A DNA stretch of 64,000 nt from the human T2T-CHM13v2.0 reference genome, Homo sapiens. Location of the stretch: the NCBI RefSeq assembly GCF_009914755.1, contig NC_060944.1, one strand, 5' to 3'. Positions 38,501 to 50,700 of the stretch are shown piece by piece. The translations under genes and the position numbers were made by a program. Position 1 is the first letter of the stretch, and each line of letters begins with the position of its first letter. The notes under the pieces are model-generated. The model saw only the letters and a list, made by a program, of their open reading frames with translations, ran no database searches and had not been told where the DNA came from.

Positions 38501-41500
38501 TTTGAGAGAGCAGGTTTGAAACACGCCTTTTGTCATATCTGGAAGTGTCCATTCGGAGCGCATTCAGGCTTGTGTTGAAAAAGGAAATATCCTCCCAGAA
38601 AAACTAGACAGAAGCATTCTCAGAAACTTATCTGTGATGTATGTACTCAACTAACAGAACTAAACCATCGTTTTGAAGGAGCAGTTTTGAAACACTCTTT
38701 TTGCGGAATCTGCAAGTGGATATTTGGCTAGCTGGGAGGATTTCGTTGGAAACGGGATTACATACAAAAAGCAGACAGCAGCATTCTCAGAAACTTCTTT
38801 GTGATGTTTGCATTCAAGTCACAGAGTTGAACATTCCCTTTCATAGAGCAGGTTTGAAACACTCTTTTTGTAGTATCTGGATGTGGACATTTGGATCGCT
38901 TTCAGGCCTATGGTGAAAAAGGAAATATCTTCCCATGAAAACTAGACAGAAGCATTCTCAGAAACTTATTTGTGATGTGTGCCCTCAACTGACAGTGTTG
39001 AACCTTTGTTTTGATAGAGCAGTTCTGAAACACACTTTTTGTAAAATCTGCAAGAGGATATTTGGATAGCTTTGAGGATTTCGTTGGAAACGGGAATGTC
39101 TTCATGTAAACTCTGGACAGAAGCATTCTCAGAAACTGCTTTGGGATGTTTCAATTGAAGTCCCAGTGTTGAACATTCCCTTTCATAGAGCAGGTTTGAA
39201 ACACTCTTTTTGTACTATCTGGAAGTGGACATTTGGAGCGCTTTCAGGTCTACGGTGAAAAAGGAGATATCTTCCAATAAAAACTAGATAGAAGCAATGT
39301 CAGAACTTTTTTCATGATGTATCTACTCAGCAAACAGAGTTGAACCTTTCTTTTGAGAGAGCAGTTTTGAAACACTCTTTTTGTGGAATATGCAAGTGGG
39401 TATTAGGCCAGCTTGGAGGATTTCGTTGGAAACGGGAATACGTATAAAAAGCAGACAGCAGCATTGTCAGAAACTACTTTGTGATGTTTGCATTCAAGTC
39501 ACAGAATTGAACACTCCCTTTCACAGAGCAGGTTTGAAACACTCTTTTTGTAGTGTCTGTAAGTGAACATTTGGATTGCTTTCAGGCCTAAGGTGAAAAA
39601 GGAAATATCTTCCCATAAAAACTAGACAGAAGCATTCTCAGAAACTTGTTTGTGATGTGTGCCCTCTACTGACAGAGTTGAACCTTTCTTTGCAAAGAGC
39701 AGTTTTGAAACACTCTTTTTGTAGAATCTGCAAGAGGATATTTGGATAGCTTTGAGGATTTCTTGGGAAACGGGAATGTCTTCAGATAAACTCTAGACAG
39801 AAGCATTCTCAGAAACTTCTTTGGGATGTTTCAATTGAAGTCACAGTGTTGAACATTCCCTTTCACAGAGCAGGTTTGAAACACTCTTTTTGTAGTGTCT
39901 ATAAGTGAACATTTGGCGTGCTTTCAGGCCTAACGTGAAAAAGGAAATATCTTCCCATAAAAACTAGACAGAAGCATTCTCAGAAACTTGTTCGTGATGT
40001 GTGCCCTCTACTGACAGAGTTGAACCTTTCTTTGCAAAGAGCAGCTTTGAAACACACTTTTTGTAGAATCTGCAAGAGGATATTTGGATAGCTTGGAGGA
40101 TTTCGTTGGAAACGGGTATGTCTTCAGATAAACTCTACACAGAAGCATTCTCAGAAACTTCTTTGGGATGTTGCATTCAAGTCACAGAGTAGAACATTCC
40201 CATTCATAGAGCAGATTTGAAACACTCTTTTTGTAGTATCTGGAAGTGGACATTTGGAGCGCTTTCAGGCCTATGTTGAAAAAGGAAATATCTTCCCATA
40301 AAAACTAGACGGAAGCATTCTCAGAAACTTATTTGTGATGTGTTTGCTCAACTAACAGGATTGAACCATCGTTTTGAAGGAGCAGTTTTGAAACACTGTT
40401 TTCGTGGAATCTGCAAGTGGATATTTGGCTAGCTTTGAGGATTTCGTTGGAAACGGGATTACATATAAAAAGGAGACAGCTGCATTCTCAGAAACTTCTT
40501 TGTGATGTCTGCATTCAATTCACAGAGTTGAACATTCCCTTTCATAGAGCAGGTTGGAAACACTCTTTTTGTAGTATCTGGATGAGGACATTTGGAGCGC
40601 TTTCAGGCGTATGGTGAAAAAGGAAATATCTTCCCGTAAAAACTAGACAGAAGCATTCTCAGAAGTTTATTTGTGATGTGTGCCCTCAACTAACAGAGTT
40701 GAACCTTTCTTTTGATAGAGCAGTTTTGAAACACTCTTTTTGTAAAATCTGCAAGAGGATATTTGGATAGCTTTGAGGATTTCGTTGCAAACGAGAATGG
40801 CTTCATATAAACTCTAGACAGAAGCATTCTCAGAAACTTCGTTGGGATGTTTCGATTGAAGTCCCAGTGTTGAACATTCCCTTTTATAGAGCAGGTTGGA
40901 AACACTCTTTCTGCATTCCCTGGAAGTGGACATTTGGAGCGCTTTCAGGACGACGGTGAAAATGGAAATATCTTCCAAGAAAATCTAGATAGAAGCAATG
41001 TCAGAAACTTTTATGTGATGGATCTACTCAGCTAACAGAGTTGAACCTTTCTTTTGAGAGAGCAGTTTTGCAACACTCTTTTTGTGGAATATGCAAGTGG
41101 ATATTAGGGCAGCTTTGAGGATTTCGTTGGAAACGGGAATACATGTAAAAAGCAGACAGCAGCATTCTCAGAAACTTCTTTGTGATGTTTGCATTGAAGT
41201 CACAGAGTTGAACATTCCCTTTGAGAGAGCAGGTTTGAAACACGCCTTTTGTCATATCTGGAAGTGTCCATTCGGAGCGCATTCAGGCTTGTGTTGAAAA
41301 AGGAAATATCCTCCCATAAAAACTAGACAGAAGCATTCTCAGAAACTTATCTGTGATGTATGTACTCAACTAACAGAACTAAACCATCGTTTTGAAGGAG
41401 CAGTTTTGAAACACTCTTTTTGCGGAATCTGCAAGTGGATATTTGGCTAGCTGGGAGGATTTCGTTGGAAACGGGATTACATACAAAAAGCAGACAGCAG

Positions 41501-44500
41501 CATTCTCAGAAACTTCTTTGTGATGTTTGCATTCAAGTCACAGAGTTGAACATTCCCTTTCATAGAGCAGGTTTGAAACACTCTTTTTGTAGTATCTGGA
41601 TGTGGACATTTGGATCGCTTTCAGGCCTATGGTGAAAAAGGAAATATCTTCCCATGAAGACTAGACAGAAGCATTCTCAGAAACTTATTTGTGATGTGTG
41701 CCCTCAACTGACAGTGTTGAACCTTTGTTTTGATAGAGCAGTTCTGAAACACACTTTTTGTAAAATCTGCAAGAGGATATTTGGATAGCTTTGAGGATTT
41801 CGTTGGAAACGGGAATGTCTTCATGTAAACTCTAGACAGAAGCATTCTCAGAAACTGCTTTGGGATGTTTCAATTGAAGTCCCAGTGTTGAACATTCCCA
41901 TTCATAGAGCAGGTTTGAAACACTCTTTTTGTACTATCTGGAAGTGGACATTTGGAGCGCTTTCAGGTCTACGGTGAAAAAGGAGATATCTTCCAATAAA
42001 AACTAGATAGAAGCAATGTCAGAACTTTTTTCATGATGTATCTACTCAGCAAACAGAGTTGAACCTTTCTTTTGAGAGAGCAGTTTTGAAACACTCTTTT
42101 TGTGGAATATGCAAGTGGGTATTAGGCCAGCTTGGAGGATTTCGTTGGAAACGGGAATACGTATAAAAAGCAGACAGCAGCATTGTCAGAAACTACTTTG
42201 TGATGTTTGCATTCAAGTCACAGAATTGAACACTCCCTTTCACAGAGCAGGTTTGAAACACTCTTTTTGTAGTGTCTGTAAGTGAACATTTGGATTGCTT
42301 TCAGGCCTAAGGTGAAAAAGGAAATATTTTCCCATAAAAACTAGACAGAAGCATTCTCAGAAACTTGTTTGTGATGTGTGCCCTCTACTGACAGAGTTGA
42401 AGCTTTCTTTGCAAAGAGCAGTTTTGAAACACTCTTTTTGTAGAATCTGCAAGAGGATATTTGGATAGCTTTGAGGATTTCTTGGGAAACGGGAATGTCT
42501 TCAGATAAACTCTAGACAGAAGCATTCTCAGAAACTTCTTTGGGATGTTTCAATTGAAGTCACAGTGTTGAACATTCCCTTTCACAGAGCAGGTTTGAAA
42601 CACTCTTTTTGTAGTGTCTATAAGTGTACATTTGGCGTGCTTTCAGGCCTAACGTGAAAAAGGAAATATCTTCCCATAAAAACTAGACAGAAGCATTCTC
42701 AGAAACTTGTTCTTGATGTGTCCCCTCTACTGACAGAGTTGAACCTTTCTTTGCAAAGAGCAGCTTTGAAACACTCTTTTTGTAGAATCTGCAAGAGGAT
42801 ATTTGGATAGCTTGGAGGATTTCGTTGGAAACGGGTATGTCTTCAGATAAACTCTAGACAGAAGCATTCTCAGAAACTTCTTTGGAATGTTGCATTCAAG
42901 TCACAGAGTAGAACATTCCCATTCATAGAGCAGATTTGAAACACTCTTTTTGTAGTATCTGGAAGTGGACATTTGGAGCGCTTTCAGGCCTATGTTGAAA
43001 AAGGAAATATCTTCCCATAAAAACTAGACGGAAGCATTCTCAGAAACTTATTTGTGATGTGTTTGCTCAACTAACAGGATTGAACCATCGTTTTGAAGGA
43101 GCAGTTTTGAAACACTGTTTTCGTGGAATCTGCAAGTGGATATTTGGCTAGCTTTGAGGATTTCGTTGGAAACGGGATTACATATAAAAAGGAGACAGCA
43201 GCATTCTCAGAAACTTCTTTGTGATGTCTGCATTCAATTCACAGAGTTGAGCATTCCCTTTCATAGAGCAGGTTGGAAACACTCTTTTTGTAGTATCTGG
43301 ATGAGGACATTTGGAGCGCTTTCAGGCGTATGGTGAAAAAGGAAATATCTTCCCGTAAAAACTAGACAGAAGCATTCTCAGAAGTTTATTTGTGATGTGT
43401 GCCCTCAACTAACAGAGTTGAACCTTTCTTTTGATAGAGCAGTTTTGAAACACTCTTTTTGTAAAATCTGCAAGAGGATATTTGGATAGTTTTGAGGATT
43501 TCGTTGCAAACGGGAATGGCTTCATATAAACTCTAGACAGAAGCATTCTCAGAAACTTCGTTGGGATGTTTCGATTGAAGTCCCAGTGTTGAACATTCCC
43601 TTTTATAGAGCAGGTTGGAAACACTCTTTCTGCATTCCCTGGAAGTGGACATTTGGAGCGCTTTCAGGACGACGGTGAAAATGGAAATATCTTCCAAGAA
43701 AATCTAGATAGAAGCAATGTCAGAAACTTTTATGTGATGGATCTACTCAGCTAACAGAGTTGAACCTTTCTTTTGAGAGAGCAGTTTTGCAACACTCTTT
43801 TTGTGGAATATGCAAGTGGATATTAGGGCAGCTTTGAGGATTTCGTTGGAAACGGGAATACATGTAAAAAGCAGACAGCAGCATTCTCAGAAACTTCTTT
43901 GTGATGTTTGCATTGAAGTCACAGAGTTGAACATTCCCTTTGAGAGAGCAGGTTTGAAACACGCCTTTTGTCATATCTGGAAGTGTCCATTCGGAGCGCA
44001 TTCAGGCTTGTGTTGAAAAAGGAAATATCCTCCCATAAAAACTAGACAGAAGCATTCTCAGAAACTTATCTGTGATGTATGTACTCAACTAACAGAACTA
44101 AACCATCGTTTTGAAGGAGCAGTTTTGAAACACTCTTTTTGCGGAATCTGCAAGTGGATATTTGGCTAGCTGGGAGGATTTCGTTGGAAACGGGATTACA
44201 TACAAAAAGCAGACAGCAGCATTCTCAGAAACTTCTTTGTGATGTTTGCATTCAAGTCACAGAGTTGAACATTCCCTTTCATAGAGCAGGTTTGAAACAC
44301 TCTTTTTGTAGTATCTGGATGTGGACATTTGGATCGCTTTCAGGCCTATGGTGAAAAAGGAAATATCTTCCCATGAAGACTAGACAGAAGCATTCTCAGA
44401 AACTTATTTGTGATGTGTGCCCTCAACTGACAGTGTTGAACCTTTGTTTTGATAGAGCAGTTCTGAAACACACTTTTTGTAAAATCTGCAAGAGGATATT

Positions 44501-46433
44501 TGGATAGCTTTGAGGATTTCGTTGGAAACGGGAATGTCTTCATGTAAACTCTGGACAGAAGCATTCTCAGAAACTGCTTTGGGATGTTTCAATTGAAGTC
44601 CCAGTGTTGAACATTCCCTTTCATAGAGCAGGTTTGAAACACTCTTTTTGTACTATCTGGAAGTGGACATTTGGAGCGCTTTCAGGTCTACGGTGAAAAA
44701 GGAGATATCTTCCAATAAAAACTAGATAGAAGCAATGTCAGAACTTTTTTCATGATGTATCTACTCAGCAAACAGAGTTGAACCTTTCTTTTGAGAGAGC
44801 AGTTTTGAAACACTCTTTTTGTGGAATATGCAAGTGGGTATTAGGCCAGCTTGGAGGATTTCGTTGGAAACGGGAATACGTATAAAAAGCAGACAGCAGC
44901 ATTGTCAGAAACTACTTTGTGATGTTTGCATTCAAGTCACAGAATTGAACACTCCCTTTCACAGAGCAGGTTTGAAACACTCTTTTTGTAGTGTCTGTAA
45001 GTGAACATTTGGATTGCTTTCAGGCCTAAGGTGAAAAAGGAAATATCTTCCCATAAAAACTAGACAGAAGCATTCTCAGAAACTTGTTTGTGATGTGTGC
45101 CCTCTACTGACAGAGTTGAACCTTTCTTTGCAAAGAGCAGTTTTGAAACACTCTTTTTGTAGAATCTGCAAGAGGATATTTGGATAGCTTTGAGGATTTC
45201 TTGGGAAACGGGAATGTCTTCAGATAAACTCTAGACAGAAGCATTCTCAGAAACTTCTTTGGGATGTTTCAATTGAAGTCACAGTGTTGAACATTCCCTT
45301 TCACAGAGCAGGTTTGAAACACTCTTTTTGTAGTGTCTATAAGTGAACATTTGGCGTGCTTTCAGGCCTAACGTGAAAAAGGAAATATCTTCCCATAAAA
45401 ACTAGACAGAAGCATTCTCAGAAACTTGTTCGTGATGTGTGCCCTCTACTGACAGAGTTGAACCTTTCTTTGCAAAGAGCAGCTTTGAAACACACTTTTT
45501 GTAGAATCTGCAAGAGGATATTTGGATAGCTTGGAGGATTTCGTTGGAAACGGGTATGTCTTCAGATAAACTCTAGACAGAAGCATTCTCAGAAACTTCT
45601 TTGGGATGTTGCATTCAAGTCACAGAGTAGAACATTCCCATTCATAGAGCAGATTTGAAACACTCTTTTTGTAGTATCTGGAAGTGGACATTTGGAGCGC
45701 TTTCAGGCCTATGTTGAAAAAGGAAATATCTTCCCATAAAAACTAGACGGAAGCATTCTCAGAAACTTATTTGTGATGTGTTTGCTCAACTAACAGGATT
45801 GAACCATCGTTTTGAAGGAGCAGTTTTGAAACACTGTTTTCGTGGAATCTGCAAGTGGATATTTGGCTAGCTTTGAGGATTTCGTTGGAAACGGGATTAC
45901 ATATAAAAAGGAGACAGCAGCATTCTCAGAAACTTCTTTGTGATGTCTGCATTCAATTCACAGAGTTGAGCATTCCCTTTCATAGAGCAGGTTGGAAACA
46001 CTCTTTTTGTAGTATCTGGATGAGGACATTTGGAGCGCTTTCAGGCGTATGGTGAAAAAGGAAATATCTTCCCGTAAAAACTAGACAGAAGCATTCTCAG
46101 AAGTTTATTTGTGATGTGTGCCCTCAACTAACAGAGTTGAACCTTTCTTTTCATACAGCAGTTTTGAAACACTCTTTTTGTAAAATCTGCAAGAGGATAT
46201 TTGGATAGCTTTGAGGATTTCGTTGCAAACGGGAATGGCTTCATATAAACTCTAGACAGAAGCATTCTCAGAAACTTCGTTGGGATGTTTCGATTGAAGT
46301 CCCAGTGTTGAACATTCCCTTTTATAGAGCAGGTTGGAAACACTCTTTCTGCATTCCCTGGAAGTGGACATTTGGAGCGCTTTCAGGACGACGGTGAAAA
46401 TGGAAATATCTTCCAAGAAAATCTAGATAGAAG
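35558..46433 (+). repeat. Four canonical 16-mer HORs
   Basis: Spacings 35644, 38363, 41082, 43801, 46520 are 2719 each. Confidence 0.95.
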
Positions 46434-47789
46434 CAATGTCAGAAACTTTTATGTGATGGATCTACTCAGCTAACAGAGTTGAACCTTTCTTTTGAGAGAG
46501 CAGTTTTGCAACACTCTTTTTGTGGAATATGCAAGTGGATATTAGGGCAGCTTTGAGGATTTCGTTGGAAACGGGAATACATGTAAAAAGCAGACAGCAG
46601 CATTCTCAGAAACTTCTTTGTGATGTTTGCATTGAAGTCACAGAGTTGAACATTCCCTTTGAGAGAGCAGGTTTGAAACACGCCTTTTGTCATATCTGGA
46701 AGTGTCCATTCGGAGCGCATTCAGGCTTGTGTTGAAAAAGGAAATATCCTCCCATAAAAACTAGACAGAAGCATTCTCAGAAACTTATGTGTGATGTATG
46801 TACTCAACTAACAGAACTAAACCATCGTTTTGAAGGAGCAGTTTTGAAACACTCTTTTTGCGGAATCTGCAAGTGGATATTTGGCTAGCTGGGAGGATTT
46901 CGTTGGAAACGGGATTACATACAAAAAGCAGAGAGCAGCATTCTCAGAAACTTCTTTGTGATGTTTGCATTCAAGTCACAGAGTTGAACATTCCCTTTCA
47001 TAGAGCAGGTTTGAAACACTCTTTTTGTAGTATCTGGAAGTGGACATTTGGAGCGCTTTCAGGCCTATGTTGAAAAAGGAAATATCTTCCCATAAAAACT
47101 AGACGGAAGCATTCTCAGAAACTTATTTGTGATGTGTTTGCTCAACTAACAGGATTGAACCATCGTTTTGAAGGAGCAGTTTTGAAACACTGTTTTCGTG
47201 GAATCTGCAAGTGGATATTTGGCTAGCTTTGAGGATTTCGTTGGAAACGGGATTACATATAAAAAGGAGACAGCAGCATTCTCAGAAACTTCTTTGTGAT
47301 GTCTGCATTCAATTCACAGAGTTGAGCATTCCCTTTCATAGAGCAGGTTGGAAACACTCTTTTTGTAGTATCTGGATGAGGACATTTGGAGCGCTTTCAG
47401 GCGTATGGTGAAAAAGGAAATATCTTCCCGTAAAAACTAGACAGAAGCATTCTCAGAAGTTTATTTGTGATGTGTGCCCTCAACTAACAGAGTTGAACCT
47501 TTCTTTTGATAGAGCAGTTTTGAAACACTCTTTTTGTAAAATCTGCAAGAGGATATTTGGATAGCTTTGAGGATTTCGTTGCAAACGGGAATGGCTTCAT
47601 ATAAACTCTAGACAGAAGCATTCTCAGAAACTTCGTTGGGATGTTTCGATTGAAGTCCCAGTGTTGAACATTCCCTTTTATAGAGCAGGTTGGAAACACT
47701 CTTTCTGCATTCCCTGGAAGTGGACATTTGGAGCGCTTTCAGGACGACGGTGAAAATGGAAATATCTTCCAAGAAAATCTAGATAGAAG
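46434..47789 (+). repeat. 8-mer HOR variant (1356 bp; lacks 1363 bp, M4/M12 chimeric monomer)
   Basis: Spacing 46520->47876 = 1356. Hybrid ORF at 46858 ends WKWTFGALSGLC. Switch within 47010-47038. Confidence 0.94.
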
Positions 47790-50700
47790 CAATGTCAGAA
47801 ACTTTTCTGTGATGGATCTACTCAGCTAACAGAGTTGAACCTTTCTTTTGAGAGAGCAGTTTTGCAACACTCTTTTTGTGGAATATGCAAGTGGATATTA
47901 GGGCAGCTTTGAGGATTTCGTTGGAAACGGGAATACATGTAAAAAGCAGACAGCAGCATTCTCAGAAACTTCTTTGTGATGTTTGCATTGAAGTCACAGA
48001 GTTGAACATTCCCTTTGAGAGAGCAGGTTTGAAACACGCCTTTTGTCATATCTGGAAGTGTCCATTCGGAGCGCATTCAGGCTTGTGTTGAAAAAGGAAA
48101 TATCCTCCCATAAAAACTAGACAGAAGCATTCTCAGAAACTTATCTGTGATGTATGTACTCAACTAACAGAACTAAACCATCGTTTTGAAGGAGCAGTTT
48201 TGAAACACTCTTTTTGCGGAATCTGCAAGTGGATATTTGGCTAGCTGGGAGGATTTCGTTGGAAACGGGATTACATACAAAAAGCAGACAGCAGCATTCT
48301 CAGAAACTTCTTTGTGATGTTTGCATTCAAGTCACAGAGTTGAACATTCCCTTTCATAGAGCAGGTTTGAAACACTCTTTTTGTAGTATCTGGATGTGGA
48401 CATTTGGATCGCTTTCAGGCCTATGGTGAAAAAGGAAATATCTTCCCATGAAAACTAGACAGAAGCATTCTCAGAAACTTATTTGTGATGTGTGCCCTCA
48501 ACTGACAGTGTTGAACCTTTGTTTTGATAGAGCAGTTCTGAAACACACTTTTTGTAAAATCTGCAAGAGGATATTTGGATAGCTTTGAGGATTTCGTTGG
48601 AAACGGGAATGTCTTCATGTAAACTCTGGACAGAAGCATTCTCAGAAACTGCTTTGGGATGTTTCAATTGAAGTCCCAGTGTTGAACATTCCCTTTCATA
48701 GAGCAGGTTTGAAACACTCTTTTTGTACTATCTGGAAGTGGACATTTGGAGCGCTTTCAGGTCTACGGTGAAAAAGGAGATATCTTCCAATAAAAACTAG
48801 ATAGAAGCAATGTCAGAACTTTTTTCATGATATATCTACTCAGCAAACAGAGTTGAACCTTTCTTTTGAGAGAGCAGTTTTGAAACACTCTTTTTGTGGA
48901 ATATGCAAGTGGGTATTAGGCCAGCTTGGAGGATTTCGTTGGAAACGGGAATACGTATAAAAAGCAGACAGCAGCATTGTCAGAAACTACTTTGTGATGT
49001 TTGCATTCAAGTCACAGAATTGAACACTCCCTTTCACAGAGCAGGTTTGAAACACTCTTTTTGTAGTGTCTGTAAGTGAACATTTGGATTGCTTTCAGGC
49101 CTAAGGTGAAAAAGGAAATATCTTCCCATAAAAACTAGACAGAAGCATTCTCAGAAACTTGTTTGTGATGTGTGCCCTCTACTGACAGAGTTGAACCTTT
49201 CTTTGCAAAGAGCAGTTTTGAAACACTCTTTTTGTAGAATCTGCAAGAGGATATTTGGATAGCTTTGAGGATTTCTTGGGAAACGGGAATGTCTTCAGAT
49301 AAACTCTAGACAGAAGCATTCTCAGAAACTTCTTTGGGATGTTTCAATTGAAGTCACAGTGTTGAACATTCCCTTTCACAGAGCAGGTTTGAAACACTCT
49401 TTTTGTAGTGTCTATAAGTGAACATTTGGCGTGCTTTCAGGCCTAACGTGAAAAAGGAAATATCTTCCCATAAAAACTAGACAGAAGCATTCTCAGAAAC
49501 TTGTTCGTGATGTGTGCCCTCTACTGACAGAGTTGAACCTTTCTTTGCAAAGAGCAGCTTTGAAACACACTTTTTGTAGAATCTGCAAGAGGATATTTGG
49601 ATAGCTTGGAGGATTTCGTTGGAAACGGGTATGTCTTCAGATAAACTCTAGACAGAAGCATTCTCAGAAACTTCTTTGGGATGTTGCATTCAAGTCACAG
49701 AGTAGAACATTCCCATTCATAGAGCAGATTTGAAACACTCTTTTTGTAGTATCTGGAAGTGGACATTTGGAGCGCTTTCAGGCCTATGTTGAAAAAGGAA
49801 ATATCTTCCCATAAAAACTAGACGGAAGCATTCTCAGAAACTTATTTGTGATGTGTTTGCTCAACTAACAGGATTGAACCATCGTTTTGAAGGAGCAGTT
49901 TTGAAACACTGTTTTCGTGGAATCTGCAAGTGGATATTTGGCTAGCTTTGAGGATTTCGTTGGAAACGGGATTACATATAAAAAGGAGACAGCAGCATTC
50001 TCAGAAACTTCTTTGTGATGTCTGCATTCAATTCACAGAGTTGAGCATTCCCTTTCATAGAGCAGGTTGGAAACACTCTTTTTGTAGTATCTGGATGAGG
50101 ACATTTGGAGCGCTTTCAGGCGTATGGTGAAAAAGGAAATATCTTCCCGTAAAAACTAGACAGAAGCATTCTCAGAAGTTTATTTGTGATGTGTGCCCTC
50201 AACTAACAGAGTTGAACCTTTCTTTTGATAGAGCAGTTTTGAAACACTCTTTTTGTAAAATCTGCAAGAGGATATTTGGATAGCTTTGAGGATTTCGTTG
50301 CAAACGGGAATGGCTTCATATAAACTCTAGACAGAAGCATTCTCAGAAACTTCGTTGGGATGTTTCGATTGAAGTCCCAGTGTTGAACATTCCCTTTTAT
50401 AGAGCAGGTTGGAAACACTCTTTCTGCATTCCCTGGAAGTGGACATTTGGAGCGCTTTCAGGACGACGGTGAAAATGGAAATATCTTCCAAGAAAATCTA
50501 GATAGAAGCAATGTCAGAAACTTTTATGTGATGGATCTACTCAGCTAACAGAGTTGAACCTTTCTTTTGAGAGAGCAGTTTTGCAACACTCTTTTTGTGG
50601 AATATGCAAGTGGATATTAGGGCAGCTTTGAGGATTTCGTTGGAAACGGGAATACATGTAAAAAGCAGACAGCAGCATTCTCAGAAACTTCTTTGTGATG

